A stretch of DNA of 64,000 bases, taken from NCBI GenBank assembly GCA_000965745.1, contig CP009479.1:480001-544000 (forward strand). The letters run 5' to 3'. Below are positions 49,198 through 59,319 of the stretch, in pieces (position 1 is the first letter of the stretch; each line of letters begins with the position of its first letter). This DNA is from an uncultured archaeon. GTDB lineage: Archaea > Thermoplasmatota > Thermoplasmata > Thermoplasmatales > Thermoplasmataceae. The position numbers and the translations under genes are program-made. Under the pieces are notes generated by a model, which saw only the letters and a program-made list of their open reading frames with translations, ran no database searches and had not been told where the DNA came from.

Positions 49198-50294
49198 GTG
49201 CTGCCTTTCTCCTTGTACTTCTTCAGCCTCTTTTCATATGCGTCAAATATTTCAGAAAGCACTTCACCGTAATTCCACCCGGAATAATTTTCGGCCAGAA
49301 CTATGGGTTCGGAAATGAGTTTTGTCCTGATTGAGTACTTGCTAACGCCCTCCCTGTGGTATTTCATTACGTGGACTTCCAGTTTTCCGTAGGACTGGTT
49401 GGTGAGGTTTGCAAACTTAGAAGTGAACTTGCTCGCAAGGAAGTATGTTATGTCATAAAGATCTGTTTCGTAGGGGGTGAGGCCGCTGATAGAGATCAGG
49501 ATTCCCTCGTCTTTGCTGTCTGTCTCAATGATTTCAAGAATGTCCCACAGGTCTATCACACCGACAACCTTGTCGGAGTCGTCCACTACGGGAAGCATGT
49601 GGAGCTGCTTTTCAGTCATCAGCTTTGAGGCCTGGGAAATGCTGTCGGTCTTCCGTACCGAGAAAGGATTATCCATGATCGAGGCGCTTGTCACCTTCAC
49701 CTTCTCCCTTTCTCCCCTTACTTCTCCAACTGTGGTCTTGCTCTTGTCCCGTATGATCATGTCCATGATGTCATCGAGCCTTAGAATTCCCTTGAGCATC
49801 CCCTCCTTGGAGACCACGGGTATCTCATACTCATACAGTCCGCGTATCTTTTCAGCAGCAGAGAGTATATCCTCGTCCACCTTCGCAAGAACGGGATCTG
49901 TTGTGGCGATATCCCTCACCTGCAGGTCTGCCGTAATAATGCTGTCTATATTCCTTACAATATCTGTTTCAGACACTATTCCCACGAGTTTTCCCTTTCT
50001 CAGGACTGGCAGAGCAGGAAGCCCGGATTCCTTGAGCTCTCCTACAGCAGCGAGCACATCCTGCTTCTCAGAAAGCTCTGGCGTCTTGACAGCGAAGTTC
50101 CTTGCCTTCGATTTGAGCCTGACACTCTTCCTTCTCATCAGTTCCCTGTAGTTTATTGCACCGAGATAGGTGTTCCCGTTCACCACAGGCAGGTGATGAA
50201 TGCGAAGATCACGCATTTTCGCTATGGCTTCCGATATCCCGTCATCACCATTCAGGTATACCGGGTCCTTTGTCATTATCTCTTCCACTTTCAT
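49194..50294 (-). CDS. Four-CBS-domain protein with C-terminal HPF/RaiA-like domain (Hib/AHA-type hibernation factor candidate)
   Basis: Four CBS repeats (HHLPVV, ALPVL, EIPVV, MLPVV); C-terminal ISISGL...LEVHV...YSIRTKL...GWNYGEVLSEIFDAYEKRLKK. Confidence 0.75.
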   Translation of the reverse strand: MKVEEIMTKDPVYLNGDDGISEAIAKMRDLRIHHLPVVNGNTYLGAINYRELMRRKSVRLKSKARNFAVKTPELSEKQDVLAAVGELKESGLPALPVLRKGKLVGIVSETDIVRNIDSIITADLQVRDIATTDPVLAKVDEDILSAAEKIRGLYEYEIPVVSKEGMLKGILRLDDIMDMIIRDKSKTTVGEVRGEREKVKVTSASIMDNPFSVRKTDSISQASKLMTEKQLHMLPVVDDSDKVVGVIDLWDILEIIETDSKDEGILISISGLTPYETDLYDITYFLASKFTSKFANLTNQSYGKLEVHVMKYHREGVSKYSIRTKLISEPIVLAENYSGWNYGEVLSEIFDAYEKRLKKYKEKGST

Positions 50295-50300
50295 GCCCGA

Positions 50301-51470
50301 TCACTCACAATACTGGATAGACAGTTCTGAGACTATCTTCCTGACTTCATCCTTGACGTCTCCGCCCTTCATTGCTTCCGCCATCAGGGGGCCTACCCTC
50401 TCGATGTCCCTGATGCCCATCCGGGTTACCTCAGCTGATCCTATCCTTCCTTCCCTGTCCACGATCATGCCGTTTGCCTCCAGCTTCTTGCTGAATTCCA
50501 GGAAGCTAAGGCCCATTTCCTTGAGTTTTTCACTGTTAAGAAGGCTTTGGTGAGACTCTGAGTACCATGGGGCGTGATCCACAGGTATCCCGCTTTCGTC
50601 CATGGACCTGGCGAGCTTTTTTGTGTTTGATACGACATTTGCGGCATATTCCTTTCCGTACTTTTTCATCTCCTCAAGTGCGACGCCTAGAGCTGCAACC
50701 CTGGAAATGTGGTAATTATCCATGGTTTTCCAGATGAGGCTTTTTCGGACTGAGTCCATGATGTGCCTGTCGTTGGTAAGAACTATCCCTCCCTGTGGGC
50801 CGAAGAAAGTCTTGTGGGTTGAGCCGTAGAGGACGTCGCAGTACTCCAGCACATCTGGCTGGAACTGTTTTCCCGCGATCAACCCCATAACATGCGACCC
50901 GTCGTAGGCGATCAAGGAATCGAACCTGTCTGCGATCCTCCTTATCTGCTTCAGGTCGTAAGGCTTGACGAAGAAGGACTGGCCGAGCACTATGAGCTTC
51001 GGGCTGATCTCGTCCATCACCTTCTCGAAACTGGCAAGATCAATTTCCTGCCTGCCCCCGTTGAAAGGTATGTAATAGCTCTGAAACCCGTACATGTGCG
51101 GAAGGTAGCCCTGGGCATATCCTGTGTATCCCCCATTCTTCTCGGCTACTGCCATTATGCTTTCCCTCTTTCTGATGAGCCCCAGGAGGACAGCAGAGGC
51201 TGCAATATGTCCTCCAATAGTCCTCACTTCTGCATACCTTGCCCCGTAAACATCGCAGGCAAGGCGTTCCACCTGTGCCAGGAGCTCGGTTGAGTAGCGT
51301 GTGCCTCCGTAGGCGTCATCACTGTCAATAACAAGCGAATACCTTGAAGCCATGTCGGATGAAAGTGCCTCCCTGGCCTTCTGGCTCAATACATTCTCAG
51401 ATACCTGCAGGTTCAGCGTGGCCGCCCTATAGCTGTTATGATTTCTAACAATATCCATGACATCTGTCAT
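50301..51470 (-). CDS. glyA: Serine hydroxymethyltransferase
   Basis: LNLQVSEN, YGG, YDGSHVMGLIAG, PLP lysine in STHKTFFGPQGG. Confidence 0.9.
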   Translation of the reverse strand: MTDVMDIVRNHNSYRAATLNLQVSENVLSQKAREALSSDMASRYSLVIDSDDAYGGTRYSTELLAQVERLACDVYGARYAEVRTIGGHIAASAVLLGLIRKRESIMAVAEKNGGYTGYAQGYLPHMYGFQSYYIPFNGGRQEIDLASFEKVMDEISPKLIVLGQSFFVKPYDLKQIRRIADRFDSLIAYDGSHVMGLIAGKQFQPDVLEYCDVLYGSTHKTFFGPQGGIVLTNDRHIMDSVRKSLIWKTMDNYHISRVAALGVALEEMKKYGKEYAANVVSNTKKLARSMDESGIPVDHAPWYSESHQSLLNSEKLKEMGLSFLEFSKKLEANGMIVDREGRIGSAEVTRMGIRDIERVGPLMAEAMKGGDVKDEVRKIVSELSIQYCE

Positions 51471-51599
51471 AAAATTTTGAACTCCTTTTTATGTTCACAC
51501 CGGAATAGTATTTCAAGCACATCAAAACAAAAAATTTCCGGGTGCACGGTTATGAATCTCAATGAGAATATTTAACATTTTTGAGTTGTATCATTCAGG

Positions 51600-51815
51600 A
51601 AATCTGCCTTCAAGGAGACCCGGTTGAATTTGGAAACGGGTTGATCCATACGGCTTGCCCGCGTATGGCAGTGTTGGAACTATGCCCCGGGGCAGTACCT
51701 CCTTCCGATGCCTCGAAGTCTCCTCCCTAATGCCCTGGGCCATAGCTTCCGGCAGGCTGTATGGAATAGGTTATTGAAAGGAAACTTTCCACTGCCAGAG
51801 GCTCTTCCTCTCCTC
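51600..51815 (+). ncRNA. Candidate structured non-coding RNA, family unassigned
   Basis: Stems 51645-51659/51751-51765 and 51676-51694/51731-51750 with G-U pairs on +; GAAAG-GAAA-CTTTC tetraloop hairpin 51776-51789. Confidence 0.4.
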
Positions 51816-51880
51816 ATGCCATAAAATTATGGGTATGGTACCAAAAAGAATTATTAGGCGTACGGAGTTAGGATGTTGTA

Positions 51881-54301
51881 ATGCAGATTCAGATGAGGAT
51901 AATTACTGCGTCATACAGAAGAGAGGACGTAGTTGTGGAGCTTTACGGCAAGACCAGGGATGGAGAGTCTGTCACAGCCCTTTACTACGGATTCAAGCCA
52001 TATTTTGACGTTGTTGAGCCTGATGAGCTTTACATAAATTCAATCAAGCAGCATCCCGAATTCATCAGGATGGAGGAGAAGATACTCTGGGACGAAGGAT
52101 CCGACAAGAGGGTAGTCAGAATATACATCAAATACCCGTGGAAAGTTCCGGAATTCAGAAAGGATTGCCAGTTCAGGGTCCTCGCCGCAGATATTCCTTT
52201 TCATCACAGGTTCATCTATGATTTTGATCTCGGTTCATGCGTGGAGATGGAATGCGAGCCTGCAGATGAAGAGAAGGGGAAGTATACAACAGACATCGTT
52301 GTGAGAATGAAGAGCGCAGGGACCGTTGAGGCCTTCAATCCAGTCCTGAAAATTCTAAGTTTCGACATAGAAAATGCCATTGTGTTTGATGGCTCAGAAG
52401 ACTATGGCAGGCTCCTGATGATAGGGTACTCCATAGCAAAGGGGGAGGAAAACAAAAAGGGGAGCATCTATGGAGATGAAGAGAGGATAATAAGGGAATT
52501 CATCGAACTGGTACACGAAGAAGACCCCGACGTAATAACCGGATACAACATAGACGGCTATGATCTTCCCGTCCTGGAGTACAGGGCCAAGAAGTACAGG
52601 ATACCACTCAGGATAGGAAGAGATTACAGTCCACCCACGAGGATAATGGGGCAGTTCTGGAGGCTGCATGGGAGAATAGTTAACGACACATGGTGGAGCG
52701 TGAAGAGAGTTCTCCATCCAAAACATGAAACTCTCAATTATGTCGCAAAAATGCTTCTTGGAGAAGGGAAAGACAACATCAACAGGCTCAAGATAGAGGA
52801 GGAGTGGGAGAACAGGAGAGACGACGTCATAAAGTACTGCATCAAGGATGCTGACCTGACCCTTCAGATATACAGGAAGATTAGGATTCTAGACAGGAAC
52901 ATGGATATGTCCACCGTCACGAAGCTCCCACTTGATGATGTTACAAATGGAGGGACCAGCAACTATGTTGACTCCATACTGATAAGGCGCGCCGACAGGG
53001 AAAACATAGGAGTGCCAATGACAACCAGGTCGATGAAGCAGGATGTCATCGAGGGGGGTTATGTCCATTCCGTAGAGCCTGGCCTTTATGATTTTGTCAT
53101 AGTGCTCGACTTCAAGAGCATGTACCCTTCGATGATCATGAAGCACAACATCTGCTTCACCACCCTTAACGAGAAAGGGGCAATCGTGTCCCCGACCGGC
53201 ATAAGATTCCTGGAGAAAAGTGAGAGAGAGGGCCTGATCCCGAGAATTCTCAAAGACCTCATGGACGAACGTGACCAGGTAAAGAAGAAAATGAAGAATG
53301 CCAGGGACGATGAAGAGAGGGATTACTATGACGGTGTCCAGGGAGCGTTGAAGATCCTTATGAATACATTCTACGGGGTCCTTGCCTCGTACTTCTACAG
53401 GTTCACTAATGTACAGATTGGAAGTGCCATAACAGCCTTTGCCAGAACTACCATCAAGGATGTCATTTCAAAACTTGAAAATGAGAGTTTCAATGTGATA
53501 TACGGGGATACCGACAGTGTCTTCATAGAGTCCGGCCAGACCACCGAGGAAGATACCATAAAGATGGGGCATGATCTCAGTGAGAGGCTTTCTGCGGAAG
53601 AGAGCATATCCCTCGAGTTCGAGAAAGTACTGAACCCGTTCTTCTCCAGCGGCGCCAAGAAAAGGTACATCGGGAGGATTATATACCCTGATGATCAGAA
53701 AGGGGAGACTCTCGTAAGAGGCTATGAAGTCAGAAGAACAGACTCCTTTGACCTGCAGAGTGAGACTCTTTCAAGACTCTTCGAGTATGTGCTGGACCGG
53801 GATGTGGAAGGGGCGGTCAAGTATTCAAGGGACATGGTCGAAAGGGTGAGGAAGGGAGATGAATCCATACCCATTGAAAAGCTCGTTATCTCAAGAAGCG
53901 TAAAGAAATTCGGGGACTACAAGGATGGAAAATCACTCGCGAACGTAAGGGTAGCCCAGAAGCTCATAGAAAGAGGTGAAACATTCATCCCCGGAATGAA
54001 GGTCTCATGGATAGTGGTAGACCACAAGAAGAACCCCCAGGTCGTGGAGCCCTTCATTGACGGGAGCACCTTTGAATTCAAGCCTGACTGGGAATACTAT
54101 GCCAGAAGGGTGGAGGAAACACTGAACCGTGTCCTCGAAGCATTCAAGGAAGAGATAAACATTTCACAGAAAGATCCCGGGCAGCAGACCCTTACTGGAA
54201 TGTCAGATGAAGAACTGCCTTCAGTGCCTAGCAGCAACTCTGCTCAGAACAATGAGAAAAAAGAGAGGAAAACAGGGAACATCACCCTGGACAGTTTCTG
54301 A
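51881..54301 (+). CDS. polB: Family B DNA polymerase
   Basis: ExoI SFDIE, ExoII GYNIDGYD, DFKSMYPS, KILMNTFYG, YGDTDS, KKRY; PIP-like C-terminus NITLDSF; no intein. Confidence 0.96.
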   Translation: MQIQMRIITASYRREDVVVELYGKTRDGESVTALYYGFKPYFDVVEPDELYINSIKQHPEFIRMEEKILWDEGSDKRVVRIYIKYPWKVPEFRKDCQFRVLAADIPFHHRFIYDFDLGSCVEMECEPADEEKGKYTTDIVVRMKSAGTVEAFNPVLKILSFDIENAIVFDGSEDYGRLLMIGYSIAKGEENKKGSIYGDEERIIREFIELVHEEDPDVITGYNIDGYDLPVLEYRAKKYRIPLRIGRDYSPPTRIMGQFWRLHGRIVNDTWWSVKRVLHPKHETLNYVAKMLLGEGKDNINRLKIEEEWENRRDDVIKYCIKDADLTLQIYRKIRILDRNMDMSTVTKLPLDDVTNGGTSNYVDSILIRRADRENIGVPMTTRSMKQDVIEGGYVHSVEPGLYDFVIVLDFKSMYPSMIMKHNICFTTLNEKGAIVSPTGIRFLEKSEREGLIPRILKDLMDERDQVKKKMKNARDDEERDYYDGVQGALKILMNTFYGVLASYFYRFTNVQIGSAITAFARTTIKDVISKLENESFNVIYGDTDSVFIESGQTTEEDTIKMGHDLSERLSAEESISLEFEKVLNPFFSSGAKKRYIGRIIYPDDQKGETLVRGYEVRRTDSFDLQSETLSRLFEYVLDRDVEGAVKYSRDMVERVRKGDESIPIEKLVISRSVKKFGDYKDGKSLANVRVAQKLIERGETFIPGMKVSWIVVDHKKNPQVVEPFIDGSTFEFKPDWEYYARRVEETLNRVLEAFKEEINISQKDPGQQTLTGMSDEELPSVPSSNSAQNNEKKERKTGNITLDSF

Positions 54302-54321
54302 CCAGTAGAATCAACGGGAGT

Positions 54322-55810
54322 TTACAGGGAGAATTCCCCGATTGCCTCCAGTTTGTGCTTGTACTTTACAAAGGTGACAACAAGCGCAACGCATATCACT
54401 GCTATCCACACCAGAGATCCGTAAACCCCGTAGATATACGGTGCTTCAAGGTTCAGGTACACTGCTACAACTATCGCGAACAGAAGCGTTATTGTAGATA
54501 TTGAAGGAATAACGAGATGCTTTATGTAGGATATCTTCAGCCTGTTTTTTCTCATGTAAACGAAGAGTGAAGTGTTTGTCAGTATGTGTACCAGGTACAT
54601 AATCGGGCTTTCAAGGATGAGCAGGAACACTGACCCGTACAGGAGTGCCTGATCAAGGTTCCCGGGATAAAAGTACATGAAGACGAATCCGGTTGCCAGG
54701 ACTATCACCGCTGAAATGGATCCAACGACTGCTATGGCCACGGTTGGAGTGCCGTTTTTGGCCCTTGTTTTAGAAAGTGCAGGCGGGAGCACATTTTCCC
54801 TTGAAAGGGAGAAAAGAACCCTAGTTGCATTTGTCCCGAGAGAAACTGTTGCTGTGAAGAAGGAGTTTGAGACTATGATCAGCAAGAGTCCGTAGAAGAC
54901 TATGCTCAAGAATCCGAAATCGTGCCTGTATATCTGCATAACCGGATACACAACTGTTGTTCCGAAGGTACCCATGTTTGCCGCTCCCCATACGATGACC
55001 TGTGCATAGGAGGATACGATGATAGTGATCCCAAGTATAGCCACTGTAGCAAGAATCGCCCTTGGAACGTTCCTCTTCGGGTCTCTTGTTTCCTCCGCTA
55101 TGGGTATTGACCCCCCTATTCCCACAAAGGTTCCAATCGCATACACCATCATTGTTGCAAGTATGAGCGGATTGTTTCCCACGGGAGCCGCAGTAAACGG
55201 TGCGGGTGTAAGGGAGGAGTAGTTCTTTGCCAGGAGATAAATGGAGGTCGTGAGGAAAAATACCACTTCGATCACTATGATGTAGGACACGATTTTCATC
55301 GAAGGCCTGATGCCTGCATAAATGAGGAAGGACACAAGGCCTATCATGCCAGCTGTAATGAAAACCCAGAGAAGGGCAGGATCAGGGATGGATATCCCCA
55401 GGGAAGGAAAAATTCCGTATATGAACCCTAGGAAACCCAGGAGCCCGAAGCCAGTGAAACTAAGAACCTGATAACTCAGGTACGACAGTGCCGTTACGAA
55501 CCCTGCATATTTCCCCAGCCCCCGGGTTACAAAGGTGTAGTACCCCCCCTGAACTGGACAGGTATCGGGAGAATTCGTACATTGAGAACGTCATCATGGC
55601 ATATACAGCAAGGGAAAGTACCAGGATCAGAGGGATGGAAAATGCACCCTGCGGATACTGGGAAAAAGTAAAAGTCATCAGAGCAGCGGTTCCTATCACA
55701 TAGAGAACAATTGTTCCTCCAGGCGCATTGAGGGCAACCGCCTGCGAAACTGCATGCCGTAATCCAAGCTGGCCAACATTCAGACGTTTGAACCGACGAG
55801 GAGCTTCCAT
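54322..55810 (-). pseudogene. APC amino acid permease with a +1 frameshift in a G7 run (55543-55549)
   Basis: Removing one G restores SSSGGYYTFVTRGLG and joins the 5' ORF (ATG 55810) to the 3' ORF (AEETRDPKRNVP, TRVLFSLSRE). Confidence 0.85.
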
Positions 55811-55969
55811 TTTTTTCAGGAATAATGGTGCATATATAAAACTGTGTTTGCAAGGGAGGTAGTGTTTTACCTGTTTGTCATACAATTTGCCCCTGTTGTG
55901 CTCGAACCTCCTGCATCATTTAGCCGGCGCAACAAAAGTATTTTATTGCGAGAATATGTATAAATTTCA

Positions 55970-58444
55970 ATGAAGGTAAGGTGGCTTATAATTGTAGTAG
56001 TAGCGATTGTTGTCCTGTCTTACTTCACTCAAAGTTATAATTTCTTGAATCCCCGAGAAGGTGTCTGGTCAGTTGCCGGGAATACTAACTACACTTCGGG
56101 CAGTTATTCAGTTCCGGGCCTTGTGCAGCCGGTAAATGTCACGATAGACCAGTCTGGGGTTGCACACATTTCCGCACAGAATCTGCATGACCTGTTTCTG
56201 GCACAGGGATATTACTCAGCCAGCAACAGGCTGTTTCAGATGGAGCTTCAAGGCCTGCTTGCTACCGGAAACCTCAGCAAATACATAGGACAGAGCGGTT
56301 TAGGGTCAGACATGGCGATCAAGCTAATCGGGCTGCCGGAAAATGCCGTCAAGCTTCAGCACGCCTACGAAAGCCAGTACCCGACATACTATTCTTACCT
56401 GCAGGATTATGCATCAGGCGTGGATGCATACATCAACCACACAGGAAATGCAGTCCCCCTGGAGTTTAAGCTTCTTGGAATAAAGCCGTACCAGTGGACG
56501 GTTTATGACACACTCGCCTGGCAGCAGTACATGGCCTGGTCACTGACCACGGGAGCAATGGAGCCCTTGCAGTCGGCACTCCTTTACAGTGCATTCGGTT
56601 TCAGCAACACTACTCAGATATGGCCCTATTATCCATACTATACCGAAAATGTGACTGTGGTGCCTGGTGACGGTACTGTGAACGGGTTTAACCTCTCCCA
56701 GCAGGGCATATCCCCATCATATCTATGGTCACTCAACTGGTATCAACAGTGGGCGACAGGAGTTAACGATACCTTGCTTAAGAGCCTGAATGGCCTTATA
56801 AAGGCAGCGATAAGCAATATATCAGATCCCTACAATTTCCCCGGAGCACATGGAATAGGTTCAGCGGTTGGAAGCAACAGCTGGGAGGTAACATCCGGAT
56901 ACGCAAAGAATGGTTTTCCGATACTTGCAAATGATCCTCACCTGCCACTGTCTGTGCCTTCTCTCTGGATTCCAATGCAGCTGTCTGCAGGGCCGGTGAA
57001 TGTGACGGGATGGGACCTTGCCGGAGTCCCGGGAATACTGATTGGGCATACTCCAAAAACAGCCTGGGGTCTTACCACACCGGAGGGTAATTCGGCCAAT
57101 GACTATCTGGAGATGCTCAATGGCACAAATTACCTTTTCAACGGTTCCTGGCACAGAATGGCCGTCTACAACTACACTCTTCTTGGAGCGCAGCACAGCA
57201 TCTATTACACAAACAACGGTCCCATTATAGCAAGAGAAGGAAATTATGGAATCAGCCTCAGATGGACCGCGTCAACTCCTTCCTTTGACCTGATAACTGA
57301 GATCATGCTTGATCAGTCTGCCAACTACTCCGATATGGTGAACGCCCTCAAGCACTGGGGATCCCCTCCGCAGAATTTTGCAATGGTTTCGGACGCCTCT
57401 GCTGGAACGCTCACAGCCGGGATATATCCCCTGATAAAGGAGACACTGCCGGACAACCAGACCTTGTCAGTTGTTGGTTCGAGGACGCTCCTAAACGGGA
57501 CCCTCCCGGCATATGAGCCAGCAGGAAACGTTCAATTTGATCACCTGCCGCAGGCAAAGAACCCTGCTAGGGGGTATATGCTTGCGCCAAACCAGCCAAC
57601 GGCGTGGAAGAATTACCCGGACCCGTTCGTGGGAGGGTTCTGGGCATCTGGCGGGAGAGCACAGACAATTTACCACTTTCTCAGGGCAAACCCAAACATG
57701 ACTGTCCAGAAGATGATGAACCTGCAGTCTAATGTCTCAGATTACTGGGCTACTCAACTTACTCCGATGCTGCTGAATGCCCTCAAGGGCGTGGGCATGA
57801 ATTCCACTGAACAGTCGGCATACACATACCTCTCAGACTGGAACTACACCACTTACCAGAGCCAGATCGGGATAACCGTGTACTGGTATCTCGTATCCTC
57901 AATATACAACAACACCTTTGACAGGATATACAAGGAAAACGGGGTGTCAGGAGAGCCACTCCCGTTCGTGAGTTCGCTCATTCATCTGGCAAGGACCGAG
58001 CCAAACTCAACCTGGCTGAACGGGAACTTCACCCAGCTTGTGCGCAGTTCGTTTGAGCAGGAAGTGTCGCTCCTCTCAGATAAACTTGGATCTACATCAA
58101 ACTGGCAATGGGGCAATGTCCACAAGCTTGTCATATCGAGCCAGACCGGGCTCTCATCCCTTTCAATAGGCCCACTGCCAATATGGGGTGACAGCCATAC
58201 AGTGAGTGTGGGTTCCGTTCCCCTTTCCATGGAGGTGCCAGAGCCCAATGTTGCGGTTGGGTCATCTCTCAGGCAGATCTCCTCGCCAGGGCAATCCACC
58301 TTCTACGGGGTGTTTCCGGGCGGGCCGAGCGGCAATGTGATAAGTTACTATTATTCAAACCAGCTCAGTGACTGGCTGTCACATTCCTACTATAACATGA
58401 ATGACCAGAAGACGGAGGTGAAAATCAGATATGTGGCTGCGTAG
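55970..58444 (+). CDS. Penicillin acylase family (Ntn hydrolase, S45), membrane-anchored/secreted
   Basis: GVAHISA...AQGY...RLFQM, catalytic GSNSW, ANDPHL, PQNF, PGGPSG; N-terminal hydrophobic anchor; many sequons. Confidence 0.92.
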   Translation: MKVRWLIIVVVAIVVLSYFTQSYNFLNPREGVWSVAGNTNYTSGSYSVPGLVQPVNVTIDQSGVAHISAQNLHDLFLAQGYYSASNRLFQMELQGLLATGNLSKYIGQSGLGSDMAIKLIGLPENAVKLQHAYESQYPTYYSYLQDYASGVDAYINHTGNAVPLEFKLLGIKPYQWTVYDTLAWQQYMAWSLTTGAMEPLQSALLYSAFGFSNTTQIWPYYPYYTENVTVVPGDGTVNGFNLSQQGISPSYLWSLNWYQQWATGVNDTLLKSLNGLIKAAISNISDPYNFPGAHGIGSAVGSNSWEVTSGYAKNGFPILANDPHLPLSVPSLWIPMQLSAGPVNVTGWDLAGVPGILIGHTPKTAWGLTTPEGNSANDYLEMLNGTNYLFNGSWHRMAVYNYTLLGAQHSIYYTNNGPIIAREGNYGISLRWTASTPSFDLITEIMLDQSANYSDMVNALKHWGSPPQNFAMVSDASAGTLTAGIYPLIKETLPDNQTLSVVGSRTLLNGTLPAYEPAGNVQFDHLPQAKNPARGYMLAPNQPTAWKNYPDPFVGGFWASGGRAQTIYHFLRANPNMTVQKMMNLQSNVSDYWATQLTPMLLNALKGVGMNSTEQSAYTYLSDWNYTTYQSQIGITVYWYLVSSIYNNTFDRIYKENGVSGEPLPFVSSLIHLARTEPNSTWLNGNFTQLVRSSFEQEVSLLSDKLGSTSNWQWGNVHKLVISSQTGLSSLSIGPLPIWGDSHTVSVGSVPLSMEVPEPNVAVGSSLRQISSPGQSTFYGVFPGGPSGNVISYYYSNQLSDWLSHSYYNMNDQKTEVKIRYVAA

Positions 58445-58790
58445 ACTTGGATCCATTGGCCTCTCGATTGTCCTCTCCTATGTCGCACTTCTGACGATAC
58501 CGTACCTCTGGATGGCAGTTCCGGCAGCCCTGCCGTTCCTTGCACTCAAGAGCTGGAAGAACGCGTTTACCGGGTTTGGAATAGGAGCGCTTTCAGCGGC
58601 ATCAGTATACCTGTTCTACCCGCTTGGCCTTGTCTCAGAGCTTTCAAACATCCTCGGTTCAATTGCCGGGCAGCCCCCGATAATAGTGCTTGCACTGTAT
58701 CCCCTCATTTATGGCGTAATATTTGCACTTTCAGCGTTGCTTTGGTCTGGAGTTGACTATAAAACACTGAAGATAGGGGTTCCTAAGTGA
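58431..58790 (+). CDS. Small integral membrane protein
   Basis: Highly hydrophobic 119 aa ORF overlapping the acylase stop by 14 nt. Confidence 0.65.
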   Translation: MWLRRLGSIGLSIVLSYVALLTIPYLWMAVPAALPFLALKSWKNAFTGFGIGALSAASVYLFYPLGLVSELSNILGSIAGQPPIIVLALYPLIYGVIFALSALLWSGVDYKTLKIGVPK

Positions 58791-58797
58791 TCAGGGT

Positions 58798-59319
58798 TCA
58801 GGATCTCCCGGCGTTCATGATCTCATCGAGCCTCTTTCGTGCAGCCTGATGGATCGGTATGTATCCTGTGCACCTGCAAATATGGCCGGTAAGCCCGTCT
58901 TTTATGTATTCGTCCAGGTCCCCCCCATGAATCGATTCCACAACTCTCGGGTCCTTCCTTACCTCTGATTCCATAGCTTTTACAGCCATTATGAAACCTG
59001 GAGTGCAGTATCCGCACTGGAAAGCCCATTCGTTCATGAATTCATACTGTATCCTGTCAAGTTCCTGCTCGCTTCCAAGACCGTCAATCGTTGTTACATC
59101 TTTTCCATCCGCATTCATGGCCGGGAACATGCAGGAGTAAACGTTTTCAGAATTCACCAACACCGTGCAGGCACCACATCCCTCAGCCTCACAGCCATGC
59201 TTTACCCCCCTCTTCTCCAGCTTTTCCCTGAGTATGTCCTGAAGTGTATCCCTGATGTCTGCCTGGACAGTCACCTTTTCGCCGTTTACCCTCATCGATA
59301 TTTCTCTCTTTTCAGACAT
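58798..59319 (-). CDS. Molybdenum hydroxylase (2Fe-2S) small subunit, CoxS/CutS-like
   Basis: GCEAEGCGACTV, SC, QCGYCTPG, CRCTGY. Confidence 0.92.
   Translation of the reverse strand: MSEKREISMRVNGEKVTVQADIRDTLQDILREKLEKRGVKHGCEAEGCGACTVLVNSENVYSCMFPAMNADGKDVTTIDGLGSEQELDRIQYEFMNEWAFQCGYCTPGFIMAVKAMESEVRKDPRVVESIHGGDLDEYIKDGLTGHICRCTGYIPIHQAARKRLDEIMNAGRS

Noticed and set aside
51590-51820. SRP RNA, RNase P RNA, ZTP/THF/glycine riboswitch, or short minus-strand ORFs
   Set aside because: Diagnostic motifs are absent; pairing asymmetry favours the + strand, opposite to glyA; the short ORFs show no recognisable family
51881-54301. Intein or inactivated polymerase
   Set aside because: Normal length with contiguous, intact catalytic motifs
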